Origin: Bacteroidota bacterium
GTDB taxonomy: Bacteria; Bacteroidota; Ignavibacteria; UBA10030; SZUA-254
Assembly: GCA_044449065.1 (NCBI GenBank)
Contig: JBIOHP010000003.1
Coordinates: 68,076 to 132,075, forward strand
DNA length: 64,000 nucleotides
Direction of reading: 5' to 3'
Below the pieces are notes generated by a model. That model had not been told where the DNA came from. It saw nothing but the letters and a program-made list of their open reading frames with translations, and made no database searches. Of this stretch, positions 15,583 through 25,414 are shown piece by piece. The position numbers and the translations under genes are program-made. The first letter of the stretch is position 1; every line of letters starts with the position of its first letter.

Positions 15583-18570
15583 TTATAAATCTTTTGCGGG
15601 TTTAAGTATAACTCCTTTCTGTTCGTGCCCATTCATTTTCACTATAACGGGGCTGGAAAAATGCAGATGTTTAGTGTATGTCTTTTCTTGCGCGGGTTGT
15701 TGTTCTAAAAGCCATCGCCAATCGAGTTTACCGCGGTCGTTCATTTCATTGACCGTAAAATATCCGATCATGAAAGCTGTCAGATTTTGGAAAAAGTGAG
15801 AACCCTGGGAAGGAGTTACAACGACGTCTTTAAATCCGGTTTCTACGATAACTTTCGCACCCGATATTTGTTCCCACCGGACCGGGATCCCCAGCCACGG
15901 ATCAAACGTGCCCCATCTGCCGAGACCGATGAGAAGGTACGGCTTGTTCTCCGCGGTTAACACGCCATTGAATTGTTCCACTTCCATTGCCACCTGTTCG
16001 CTCATCGCCCGATCGAATTTATTAAAATCAACCATGACAATATCGTAGATATTGTCGATAACTCCGTTGCCCAGCACCTGAGGACTTTCGCAAAGGATGG
16101 TTTCCGGTTCCATTTTATCAAGCCGTAATTCTTCCACTTCTCGGTTGATTACTAACGGGCGCATCTGGAGAAGCCCGAATTCTTTTCGCTCGCCCGGATT
16201 TACAGACATCCTGACGGCAAATTCAATTTCAACAGGCGTTCCCATGCCCGAGCTGCCGATTTCTAAGATCAAATCTAAGATTTCAGGAAGCGGCAGAAGT
16301 TTATTTTTTAATATCGGCGCGAACGTCACCAATCGAGTCCCTATTCGGGATAATCCGTCATGAACGGTGTCGTTTTCCGGAGAGTACGTCGATCCGGCAT
16401 ATCGCAATGTTCCATCCTCCTCGGCGTCATTTAGAACAAAGCGTTTCGTAAGATCGTTGACGCCGGTTTCTGTGGAATTGGAATCGAGCTCTAAATCGAT
16501 TGCGAAGAATTCGCGCTGGTTATTCGCGAGTGTTTCTTCAATGGTTGTAAATTGGTATAGATGTCCGGGATATTTCGGGCAAAATTTTACACACGATCCG
16601 CCATCGACAATCATCTGCCCCAGTCCAAGCGCAACGGATGTTATTCCATCCGAGGAAAGTTGGGGAGGCATCGGATAAAAATTGAACGATTTGGCGACGC
16701 CTGAAAAATCCGGATAGAACCTTTTTCGATGTTTAATCCCGACCACTTTTTGAATAATCACCGCCATTTTTTCTTCTTCGAGTCGATAGAGCGTATGGCG
16801 CGTATACTCTTTTGCCGCGCGGGAATACGTGGAAGCGTAGACTCGTCTGATTGCGTTTAAAAGCTGTGTGAGCCGGAATTCAGGGTCGGGATGATTATTC
16901 GGAATCATGAGCGTGGAGTAAATTCCCGCGAACGGTTGGTATTGCGAATCTTCCTGCAAGCTTGACGATCTGACGGCAAGCGGCTCCGCGACAACTTCCA
17001 GGAATGCCTTCAGATCGCGCAGGACTCTGCGGGGAAATTTTTTTGCGCTTAAAAAACGTGCGGTTGTTTCTTCATCCGAAACTTCACTCAGAATCAGATC
17101 GTGCAGATAATTTTTTTCAACAAAATAGTCAAATACATCAGTGGCGATGACGACGCCTGGTGGGATAAAGATACGAACGTCTTCAAACCGTTCCCGAAGG
17201 TCGTAGGTATTCAGGAGCATATTCAAAAAATTCAACCCGCGCGCTTTGCCCCCCAATGATCCGCCTCCGATACGCGCGAAACTGCTTGATGGATCGAACG
17301 TGTCTTTCGCAAAATCCGTGATCCTGCCGCGCTGTTGTTCTTCCCGGTAACTATGCAGGGAATCGATCAAATCCTGACGCAGCAATTCCAACGATGCGTA
17401 ATCGGAGACGCGCCGGGGACGCAGATGGTACGCAACGCCGAATTCCGTCCGCGCTTTCAGCCAATTCGAGAAATGGTTTCGTTCGGCATGAAATTTAATG
17501 CTTGCCTCGGGAACAAGATGAAGCTGTTCTTCCAGCGATTTGAGGTCTGAAGCTTGCCCAACCTCCTGCCCATCGGGCGTCCGGAATATAAAATCCCCGA
17601 AACTGAAATAATATTTCATAAAGGAACGGACTTCCTGTAGTAACGTGGGCGATCCCTTCAACGCAAACGATGCCCCCACTTCAAATGCTTTTGCGCGGTT
17701 TTCCGGATGGTTTGATTGGAGGAGGATGGGTATATCTTCCTGTGCGGCTTTTACCCGCAGGGCAAACTCGATACCCGCTTCCGGATCGGGTTTGCCGTCT
17801 TTTTGAAAATCCACATCCGAAATGACGCCGGAAATATATTTCTGATATTTCGTAAAGTATAACCACGCTTCCTCGTAGGTCGTAGCAAGAAGAATTTTTG
17901 GTCTCGCACGCATTCGCAGGAACCGGTGAGAAAGGTTCACCCCTTCCGTTATTAATCGTTTGGAATGTTTGAGCACCTCGGTATAGATGCTCGGTAAAAA
18001 TGACGAGTAGAATCTGACGTTATCTTCGATCAACAGAATCGCCTGAACTCCGGCAACCTCTGTATCATGTTGAACATTTTTAAGATCTTCAATATGAGAT
18101 AATATTGCGATGATCAGGTGGTAATCTCCCTGCCATAGAAATATCCGGTCGAATAAGGACGTTTCATGGTGGGTAAGAAGGTCGGCTAATTCTTTTTGAT
18201 CGAGCGCAAGAAGCACAACAGATATATTGAGTTTCAATTCTCGAATTTGTTTGGCGAGCTGAAGCGCATGCATATCCTCTATATGCATCGTTGTAATGAT
18301 CAGGTCGAATTGTTTTCCTTCTTTCGCCAGCGCAATCGCCTCGGCGCCTGTCGAAACACGATGGAGCTCGGGTGCGTGAGAAATATGAAATCCCTCGTAT
18401 TCGCTGCGGATTAATTCGTATAAACGGGCGTCTTCCTCGATCATATACGAATCGTAAAGACTCGAAACAAGAAGCACGTCGCGGATTCGGAATCGCATGA
18501 GATTTTGAAAATCCATGTATTTACGCTGGTAGATGTGATCTACCCAGTGATCATCCCTGGATATCATCAT
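15583..18570 (-). CDS. Fusion protein: receiver-like domains (one degenerate, one canonical) joined to a PEP-synthase/PPDK N-terminal ATP-grasp domain, with no phosphohistidine swivel domain
   Basis: The receiver region is QAILLIEDNVRFYSSFLP...ISDVDFQKDG...ILLQS. The PPDK_N hallmarks are RIGGGSLGGKARGLNFL, and ...VEIEFAV...GLLQMRPLV, which resembles the EFA..QaRP motif of PEP synthase. No GGRTSH-type swivel motif was found. Confidence 0.65.
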   Translation of the reverse strand: MMISRDDHWVDHIYQRKYMDFQNLMRFRIRDVLLVSSLYDSYMIEEDARLYELIRSEYEGFHISHAPELHRVSTGAEAIALAKEGKQFDLIITTMHIEDMHALQLAKQIRELKLNISVVLLALDQKELADLLTHHETSLFDRIFLWQGDYHLIIAILSHIEDLKNVQHDTEVAGVQAILLIEDNVRFYSSFLPSIYTEVLKHSKRLITEGVNLSHRFLRMRARPKILLATTYEEAWLYFTKYQKYISGVISDVDFQKDGKPDPEAGIEFALRVKAAQEDIPILLQSNHPENRAKAFEVGASFALKGSPTLLQEVRSFMKYYFSFGDFIFRTPDGQEVGQASDLKSLEEQLHLVPEASIKFHAERNHFSNWLKARTEFGVAYHLRPRRVSDYASLELLRQDLIDSLHSYREEQQRGRITDFAKDTFDPSSSFARIGGGSLGGKARGLNFLNMLLNTYDLRERFEDVRIFIPPGVVIATDVFDYFVEKNYLHDLILSEVSDEETTARFLSAKKFPRRVLRDLKAFLEVVAEPLAVRSSSLQEDSQYQPFAGIYSTLMIPNNHPDPEFRLTQLLNAIRRVYASTYSRAAKEYTRHTLYRLEEEKMAVIIQKVVGIKHRKRFYPDFSGVAKSFNFYPMPPQLSSDGITSVALGLGQMIVDGGSCVKFCPKYPGHLYQFTTIEETLANNQREFFAIDLELDSNSTETGVNDLTKRFVLNDAEEDGTLRYAGSTYSPENDTVHDGLSRIGTRLVTFAPILKNKLLPLPEILDLILEIGSSGMGTPVEIEFAVRMSVNPGERKEFGLLQMRPLVINREVEELRLDKMEPETILCESPQVLGNGVIDNIYDIVMVDFNKFDRAMSEQVAMEVEQFNGVLTAENKPYLLIGLGRWGTFDPWLGIPVRWEQISGAKVIVETGFKDVVVTPSQGSHFFQNLTAFMIGYFTVNEMNDRGKLDWRWLLEQQPAQEKTYTKHLHFSSPVIVKMNGHEQKGVILKPAKDL

Positions 18571-18695
18571 CGTTTACGGAGAGATTGTTTGTCTAAATAG
18601 ATCATCTGATACACAGGAGTTGTCTCAATGAATTTCGTCTAAGTGAATCATCCATAAATGTAACAAGGAGACATAAGAAAACCAACCGAATGCAT

Positions 18696-18731
18696 ATAAA
18701 AAAACGGAGTGGATAATTCCACTCCGTTTTT
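18696..18731 (-). terminator. Rho-independent terminator for gdhA (aaaaaaACGGAGTGG-ataattC-CACTCCGTtttt), possibly bidirectional
   Basis: A perfect 9-bp GC-containing stem is flanked by an A-run and a T-run, directly 3' of gdhA. Confidence 0.7.
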
Positions 18732-18753
18732 AATGGGCTCGTGTAGAAGATTG

Positions 18754-20115
18754 TTATACTACGCCCTGATCCATCATCGCATCGGCAACTTTTAAGAAGC
18801 CGGCGATATTGGCGCCATTCACATAATTACCAGGCGTGCCGAAACGTTCTGCCGTTTCGTAGCTGGCTTTATGAATGCTCTTCATAATGTTATGGAGACG
18901 GTTATCGACTTCTTCGCGCGTCCATGAGTAGCGCTGGCTGTTCTGCGACATCTCTAAACCAGAGGTCGCAACACCGCCGGCATTCGCCGCTTTGCCCGGA
19001 CCGTAAAGAATTTTTGCGTCGATGAATTGTTTTACGCCGTCGAGCGTGGTAGGCATGTTTGCGCCTTCAGATACCACGTACACGCCATTCTTTAAGAGAT
19101 TGGCTGCGTCTTTGCCGTTGACTTCATTCTGGGTAGCGCTCGGGAACGCGCACTGCGCTTTGTGATTCCAAAGCGGGTTGTACCCTAATTTTGAATCGGT
19201 CGGAGTATACACCGCGCTCTTGAATTTATCGGCATATTCTTTAATTCTGCCGCGGCGAACATTCTTTAAATCCATCACGAATGCCAATTTCTTCGCGTCT
19301 ATTCCGGCTTCATCATAAATGTAACCCGCTGAATCGGACACGGTAACGGCTTTGCCGCCAAGCTGGTTGATTTTTTCAATAGTGTATTGTGCGACATTGC
19401 CGCTTCCGGAAACGAGGCAAATTTTTCCATCAAGCGTTTGTTTCTTCGTTGATAACATTTCTGCCGCAAAGTACACTGCGCCATATCCGGTTGCCTCGGG
19501 ACGAATGAGCGAACCGCCCCAATTTAATCCCTTGCCGGTAAGAACGCCGGTAAATTCGTTGCGGAGTTTTTTGTACCTGCCGAATAAAAATCCTATTTCA
19601 CGGCCTCCAACGCCGATATCGCCCGCCGGGACGTCGGTATCCGGACCGATGTGGCGGAATAACTCATCCATGAACGCCTGGCAAAAACGCATGACTTCCA
19701 TATCGCTCTTGCCTTTTGGATCGAAATCGGATCCGCCCTTACCGCCGCCCATCGGCAGCGTGGTTAAACTGTTTTTGAATACCTGTTCGAATGCAAGGAA
19801 TTTTAAAATTCCAAGATTTACCGATGGATGAAGTCTCAACCCGCCCTTGTACGGACCGATTGCGCTGTTCATTTCGATTCGGAAGCCGCGATTGACATGT
19901 ATTTCACCGCGATCATCTACCCATGGTACGCGAAACATCAGCACGCGTTCCGGTTCCACTATGCGTTCGAGCATTTTTGCCGAACGATATTCCGGATGAC
20001 GTTCAAGCACGATGGAAAGCGATTCTACCACTTCCTGAACTGCCTGATGAAATTCCGGTTCAGCCGGATTTTTTGCTTTGATTGCAGCCATGAGATCGTT
20101 TACATAACCTGACAT
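18754..20115 (-). CDS. gdhA: NADP-specific glutamate dehydrogenase
   Basis: 453 aa with the GDH signature region LPMGGGKGGSDFDPKGKSD and the Rossmann motif GSGNVAQY. Confidence 0.9.
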   Translation of the reverse strand: MSGYVNDLMAAIKAKNPAEPEFHQAVQEVVESLSIVLERHPEYRSAKMLERIVEPERVLMFRVPWVDDRGEIHVNRGFRIEMNSAIGPYKGGLRLHPSVNLGILKFLAFEQVFKNSLTTLPMGGGKGGSDFDPKGKSDMEVMRFCQAFMDELFRHIGPDTDVPAGDIGVGGREIGFLFGRYKKLRNEFTGVLTGKGLNWGGSLIRPEATGYGAVYFAAEMLSTKKQTLDGKICLVSGSGNVAQYTIEKINQLGGKAVTVSDSAGYIYDEAGIDAKKLAFVMDLKNVRRGRIKEYADKFKSAVYTPTDSKLGYNPLWNHKAQCAFPSATQNEVNGKDAANLLKNGVYVVSEGANMPTTLDGVKQFIDAKILYGPGKAANAGGVATSGLEMSQNSQRYSWTREEVDNRLHNIMKSIHKASYETAERFGTPGNYVNGANIAGFLKVADAMMDQGVV

Positions 20116-20594
20116 TGTAATCTCCTTTAAAGTAATTTAATGTGTATTGTTCGTTTCTTGTACGTTGTAATAATTACGGTTGAATCAATTCTTTTCATTC
20201 CCACCGTGAAAAGAATTTGTAAAAAATAAAATTCGTTTATGCGTCGATCGTTTTTACCGCCAGGGGGGATGTAATTATAATGCGAGATATGAAATTGATC
20301 GGATAAGTTACATGGAATACGTAGTGATTACCGGGAGAGGATGATCTTGTTTGGACATTCATTTGGAGGAACCCATGATTTTTTTATCCTCGTACCAATT
20401 CAATTTCTGCATTTAAAACATTCTTATTTTGACGGGAAATTTGTCGATCGATGCATATTACACTTCAATTTCTATGCCAATGAATTGGCGAAAGATAACC
20501 GAAATGCCACCTATAGGAAATAGGCGAAATTGGTTCAATTTCAATAGTGAGAGTAATGCTCAATGACAATTTTCAATATTGATAAAATTTCGGA

Positions 20595-20638
20595 TAATTG
20601 CAATTAAATCTATGGTTTGTCGCTATTTACACTGTAAA
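20595..20638. promoter_or_regulatory. Two perfect palindromes (TAATTGCAATTA at 20595-20606; TTTACAcTGTAAA at 20626-20638) in the 800-bp divergent gdhA/aguB intergenic region; candidate regulator binding sites
   Basis: Read directly from the sequence. They sit between divergently transcribed nitrogen-metabolism genes. Confidence 0.3.
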
Positions 20639-20918
20639 TGAACTCGTTTAAATGGTGCATTCTTAGATTTGTTCAGACGCAGATTACCGAATGATTTCTT
20701 CAGCGCCAGTGCTTGGCGATGCGGAAAACCGGAATCGTATCCCGAAAGATTTCATGAGATAGATTTCACATCGATTTTTTCTCCCTTCGCCCATGATGCC
20801 GTTAATGTTTAGCGAAGATGTTTTCTATGCGGATGATCGCTTTTTATCTCTCGATGTGCTATAATGTTAATTTTTTCATACATTCAATGATTGTTTCACA
20901 AGCCAATAGGATCAATTG

Positions 20919-21815
20919 ATGCGCCAGATGAAAAATTTCACCATCGGTTTAATTCAAATGTCGATGACCCCCAGCCCGAAAGACAACCTGCAGCGGGCGG
21001 TCGATTTTATCGGGCAGGCGGCAAAGAAAAAAGCTCAAATAATTTGTCTCCCCGAATTGTTCAGCTTCCAATACTTTTGCCAGCGCGAAGATATCGCGTT
21101 GTTCGATCTCGCCGAGCCCGTGCCGGGACCGACGACGGAGGCAATTCAGGCGGCCGCGAAGAAACACAATGTTGTTGTTGTTGTACCGCTTTTTGAAAAA
21201 CGCGCGATCGGGTTGTATCATAACACCGCCGCTGTGATCGACGCCGACGGCGTCTTACTCGGTCTCTACCGCAAAATGCATATCCCGGACGATCCTTCTT
21301 TTTTTGAAAAATTTTACTTCACGCCGGGCGACCGCGGGTTTCAGGCATTTCAAACAAAATTCGGAAAAGTCGGAACGCTCATCTGCTGGGATCAGTGGTA
21401 TCCCGAAGGAGCGCGGCTCACCTCGCTCCTCGGCGCCGGGGTTCTTTTTTATCCTACCGCAATCGGGTGGCTGCCTCATGAGAAAAAGCAATACGGAGCT
21501 ACACAGCGGGACGCGTGGGAGACGGTTCAACGGGGACATGCTATCGCTAACGGCGTTTTTGTTGCGGCAGTCAACCGGGTGGGCATTGAAAAGCCCTCGC
21601 CGGATTCCACGGGGCTGGAATTCTGGGGAAGTTCGTTCATCGCCGATCCGCAGGGAGTGATCCTTGCCAAGGGCTCGACCGATAAGGAAGAAATTATTAC
21701 GGCGGAAATCGATCTTGCTCACATGGAAGAGGTCCGGCGCAATTGGCCCTTCCTCCGCGACCGCAGGATCGACGCGTACCAGGGCATTACCGAACGGTTT
21801 TTGGATAAGAAATAA
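20919..21815 (+). CDS. aguB: N-carbamoylputrescine amidase (carbon-nitrogen hydrolase family)
   Basis: Nitrilase-superfamily catalytic triad context (E in LPELF, K in YRKMH, C in LICWDQW). The length is about 298 aa. It is adjacent to agmatine deiminase. The ORF as given begins at TTG 20916, but the ATG at 20919 is the more likely start. Confidence 0.85.
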   Translation: MRQMKNFTIGLIQMSMTPSPKDNLQRAVDFIGQAAKKKAQIICLPELFSFQYFCQREDIALFDLAEPVPGPTTEAIQAAAKKHNVVVVVPLFEKRAIGLYHNTAAVIDADGVLLGLYRKMHIPDDPSFFEKFYFTPGDRGFQAFQTKFGKVGTLICWDQWYPEGARLTSLLGAGVLFYPTAIGWLPHEKKQYGATQRDAWETVQRGHAIANGVFVAAVNRVGIEKPSPDSTGLEFWGSSFIADPQGVILAKGSTDKEEIITAEIDLAHMEEVRRNWPFLRDRRIDAYQGITERFLDKK

Positions 21816-21835
21816 TTATCGCATCCCCTTTTAGC

Positions 21836-22918
21836 ATGATTTCATCTCCAAAAACAATGTCCGGGCGGGTATCGCCTGCCAACATTATGCCGGCTGAATG
21901 GGAACCGCATGAAGCTACCTGGATCGGCTGGCCCCAAAACCTCACAGATTGGCCCGGGAAGTTTACGCCAATACCCTGGGTGTACGCCGAAATAGTACGA
22001 AAACTTACCGAAGGGGAAAAGGTGAGAATACTCGTCGATTCGAAACGCGTGGAACAAAAAGCCAAAGATGTATTGACAAAAGTCGGCGTTAATAATAAAA
22101 TGGTTGAGTTTTTTCAAATTCCAACCAACCGCGGGTGGACGAGGGATATGGGACCGATGTTTATCCGGCAAGGGAAGAAAAAAAATCATCGCACAATTCT
22201 TCGTTTTGGATTCAGCGGCTGGGCGAAATATCCGAACTGGCAAAAGGATGGCACAGTGCCCGAACGGGTTTCAAAAATATTAAAGATTCCTCTATTCGAT
22301 GCGATGGCGGCAGACCGTCGGGTTGTGCTGGAAGGAGGGAGCATCGATGTGAACGGACGCGGCACGCTGATCACGACGGAAGAATGCCTGCTCCATCCAA
22401 AAATCCAGGTGCGTAATCCCGGTTTTTCCCGGAAAGATTATGAAAGTGTGTTCAGCAAATACTTAGGCGCTTCAAATGTGATCTGGCTCGGCAAGGGCAT
22501 AGCGGGGGACGATACCCACGGGCATGTGGACGATCTCTGCCGGTTCGTCAACCTGCGCACGGTTGTGCTCTGCGCTGAGAATAACAAAAACGATGATAAT
22601 TATAAGCCGCTCTGTGAAAACCTGGAACGGCTGCAAACCGCGAGATTAGAAGATGGCTCCAGACCGGAGGTTATTCCCTTGCCTATGCCCGCGCCGCTCT
22701 ATTTTAACGAACAGCGGTTGCCTGCAAGCTACGCTAATTTTTATATCTCGAACGCGGCGGCGCTTGTCCCCACATTTAACGATCCCAACGACCGGCACGC
22801 GCTCGGCATCCTGGGCGAATTAATTACCGACCGCCCGGTTATCGGGATTCACGCCGTCGATCTTGTTTGGGGACTTGGTACGCTGCATTGCCTGACACAA
22901 CAGCAGCCGGGTAGGTGA
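21836..22918 (+). CDS. aguA: Agmatine deiminase (PAD_porph family)
   Basis: N-terminal MPAEWEPHEATWIGWPQN and C-terminal GGIHCxTQQ-type motif (GTLHCLTQQQP). It is adjacent to aguB. Confidence 0.85.
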   Translation: MISSPKTMSGRVSPANIMPAEWEPHEATWIGWPQNLTDWPGKFTPIPWVYAEIVRKLTEGEKVRILVDSKRVEQKAKDVLTKVGVNNKMVEFFQIPTNRGWTRDMGPMFIRQGKKKNHRTILRFGFSGWAKYPNWQKDGTVPERVSKILKIPLFDAMAADRRVVLEGGSIDVNGRGTLITTEECLLHPKIQVRNPGFSRKDYESVFSKYLGASNVIWLGKGIAGDDTHGHVDDLCRFVNLRTVVLCAENNKNDDNYKPLCENLERLQTARLEDGSRPEVIPLPMPAPLYFNEQRLPASYANFYISNAAALVPTFNDPNDRHALGILGELITDRPVIGIHAVDLVWGLGTLHCLTQQQPGR

Positions 22919-23091
22919 AAGAGATAGCAGCGGGATGCTCAACCGTGAAAAATTTTGTTTTTCGCCTCAAATTTAGTATATTATTAAGCTAAAGTCATTA
23001 TTTTCAACACCGCGAGGTGAGTCCCGCTCTGGTTTTGAGCGGGAGTAGCCCGTTGGGCAGATTTTAGCAGTAAAAATTTCAACATGGACAC

Positions 23092-23164
23092 CGCGGGGTG
23101 GAGCAATTGGTAGCTCGTTGGGCTCATAACCCAAAGGCTGTAGGTTCAAGTCCTACCCCCGCTA
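23092..23164 (+). tRNA. Initiator tRNA-fMet (anticodon CAU), with no CCA encoded
   Basis: Manual fold: acceptor CGCGGGG/CCCCGCU with a 1:72 C-U mismatch, which is an initiator hallmark; D-arm GAGC-AATTGGTA-GCTC; anticodon stem TTGGG/CCCAA with the three consecutive G-C pairs typical of initiators; loop CTCATAA; T-arm GTAGG-TTCAAGT-CCTAC. It closely resembles E. coli tRNA-fMet. Confidence 0.85.
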
Positions 23165-23184
23165 CAATAACTACAGAAACCTCA
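23154..23184 (+). repeat. attL-like 31-bp direct repeat (TACCCCCGCTACAATAACTACAGAAACCTCA) overlapping the 3' end of tRNA-fMet
   Basis: It is identical to 29424-29454, giving a perfect 31/31 match as read from the sequence. Confidence 0.8.
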
Positions 23185-23298
23185 ATCGATATAAACCGGT
23201 TGAGGTTTTGTATTTAATACACCTCGATGAGGCCGTTATGCAGGTTGGCATAAAAAAATGAAGGCATTTCAATTAATGTTGATTTCGTCGCTAAATTA

Positions 23299-24102
23299 TT
23301 AAATCAACTTGTCGGCATATTTGAGGGCATCCATTCCACGTTGGACATTTAGCAGTTTTTCATATTGATCCATTGTCGCCGTGTCCCCTAAAGGATTTGT
23401 TTTGAGTATTTTGGGATAGATCACAAGCCAGATAGTGCATATCCAACCAATTGTGTCTTCCGTTAACTCACAAATCCTTTCAAATAGTTGTTCGTCGAAA
23501 TCAGGCGTATCTGCCCCCATATTTATTGAGTTTGTCGGGAGATCGTCATCGTTAGAATAAGGGCGACTATGTGTAAAGTTGCAAAGATATTGGAAATGAC
23601 TATATATTTCATTTACGATATCGCAAGAATCCTGAATATTAAAGTCTTTTATTGGCTGCAATTTATTTATTAAGGTTTTCATTTCACGCCAATTGGGAGT
23701 ATCCCTCTTTCCACATTCCCATTCACTAAAATATTTCTCGTCTCCGTTTTTGGTGAAATCTTCACGGGCCTGAAAATACAGACTAACCGTTGCTATATCG
23801 AGAGCATTTCTTAAAAGAGTAGCCGCTGATTTATAGAATCCCGAACAAAGATTCCATGCAGCAGCATTAATATCATCAGAAACGTCAACAAAGGTCCAGT
23901 TTATTATTTCGTCATCGCCTGCTATCTTGGGATCATTGATTTGAGTGTACCCGTAAACAAATCCTAGCATTTCATCTACTTTTTGTCCCAAGTACTTTAA
24001 TCTGTTGATTCTTGTAGGATCCGAGAGTGTGATAGTATTGGCTTGTTGTGCTAATTCGATTATCCTGCGACTTTTAGCTCCCATACTTGTTGTGGTCTTC
24101 AT
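23299..24102 (-). CDS. Hypothetical protein (267 aa) at the island edge
   Basis: Long ORF with no recognisable motifs. It is acidic and has no TM segments. Confidence 0.45.
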   Translation of the reverse strand: MKTTTSMGAKSRRIIELAQQANTITLSDPTRINRLKYLGQKVDEMLGFVYGYTQINDPKIAGDDEIINWTFVDVSDDINAAAWNLCSGFYKSAATLLRNALDIATVSLYFQAREDFTKNGDEKYFSEWECGKRDTPNWREMKTLINKLQPIKDFNIQDSCDIVNEIYSHFQYLCNFTHSRPYSNDDDLPTNSINMGADTPDFDEQLFERICELTEDTIGWICTIWLVIYPKILKTNPLGDTATMDQYEKLLNVQRGMDALKYADKLI

Positions 24103-24748
24103 ATTACTCTATCCTATATATTGATTTTTGAGAAAGGGAATTGTTATTAAAGTATCCAACGAGGAGTAAATTGCCAGCAGGCTTAGTGGTAATGTCATTT
24201 TTGTTATAAATTTGAATCCTATTACCTGAGGCACCTGGGAGTGTACATATCCAAAGAAATCATCAGCCCGCACCCTTATCGGGCGTCGTTGACTTCAATC
24301 ACAGATACAAAAAAAAATCTCAGATTTTCAGATCAAGATTGTAGACAATGCTACGCATATTTGATTTCAATTAATTATTTTTCTGTTTGTATGATCCATT
24401 ATTTTTTATCACCATTAGTGACAATTTCGAAAATATTCAGTCTTCAAATGAAGGCAATGCTTTATAATATACAGTTATTGATTTAAATAATAAATAGAGT
24501 GTGTGTTTTTTGTTGTCAAAACAATTGAATGATATTCATAGTTTAATTCCATTAGGTAGGGATTTGATCAAAATCTATAACCATATCATGATGGTGTTTA
24601 ATGAGCCCATAATGAAACATCCATTAATATGGAGGAAATTGAGCAGAATTAGGGATAGATCATTGATATCGTTTAATTTAGATCGTTAGCGAGTCCGTTC
24701 GTTAACTTGATTAAAGCATAATAATTATGTATCTTTTTCCCACCACGG

Positions 24749-25414
24749 GTGATAAGAAAATCACCTCGCATTGATGATTTTATAAGAACATATGAAAGGA
24801 GAAGCAGTATGTCAAATGCCATTGTCCCTCGGTTGACTATCGCAGACATATGCTACGGTGTAGTTAGCTACGGTGCAACATTGATTAGATTGGGCATAGC
24901 CGCAGCAGTTGCTGTGATCATTATTGGCGACGTTAATTGGAATAAAGTCGTCGTTAGCTTGGGCATTGTTCTTGTGATGGTGCTCGATTACCTTGATGGA
25001 ATACTTTTTAGTCGATCTGTCATGAACAATGACAAATCTTGGAGAATCCGAAGACGAATAGTTGATTCCGTAATTGATCGAATTGTAATACAGGCCGTCT
25101 GTATTCCGTTAGTTTTGATATACAATTCTTTCCAGCCCTTCTTTCTGATTATCCTTGCTAGGGAAGTGTTCATGTCTACTTTCTTAACAAGAGTTTTTGC
25201 TCGAAATATTCTTATTTATCCTAGCAAGGTTTCTCGTCTATCTATGATCATGATAGGAATTACTGTTATCGCCTATGCTTTAAACTACAGCAATGTTGCT
25301 GTATTGGCAGCCACATTGATGATTGGATTTAGTCTAATATCATTTCAAGAATACAAAAAGAGGTTAAGTAATAACCAAGGCGATTCAATAATCGAGCTAC
25401 GCGAGATTCAATGA
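24749..25414 (+). CDS. Polytopic membrane protein with a degenerate CDP-alcohol phosphatidyltransferase-like motif
   Basis: About five TM helices. The segment DYLDGILFSRS...RIVDSVID resembles D-G-x2-A-R...D-x3-D, but the motif is imperfect. Confidence 0.4.
   Translation: MIRKSPRIDDFIRTYERRSSMSNAIVPRLTIADICYGVVSYGATLIRLGIAAAVAVIIIGDVNWNKVVVSLGIVLVMVLDYLDGILFSRSVMNNDKSWRIRRRIVDSVIDRIVIQAVCIPLVLIYNSFQPFFLIILAREVFMSTFLTRVFARNILIYPSKVSRLSMIMIGITVIAYALNYSNVAVLAATLMIGFSLISFQEYKKRLSNNQGDSIIELREIQ

Noticed and set aside
15449-15799. 116-aa ORF overlapping the 3' end of the receiver-ATP-grasp gene on the opposite strand
   Set aside because: It overlaps a well-supported gene and has no motif. It is likely spurious.
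20949-22374. Antisense and alternate-frame ORFs within aguB and aguA (20949-21221, 21255-21722, 21304-21660, 21787-22065, 21842-22243, 22135-22416)
   Set aside because: They are embedded in genes with strong enzyme-family signatures. The repetitive Arg/Gly/Pro composition is typical of out-of-frame reading of GC-richer coding DNA.
23023-23049. Hairpin CCCGCTC-tggttttga-GAGCGGG between aguA and the tRNA, considered as a terminator
   Set aside because: It is followed by TAGCCCG and not by a T-tract, and it is 100 bp past the aguA stop. It may be structural but is not a convincing intrinsic terminator. It was left as an observation only.
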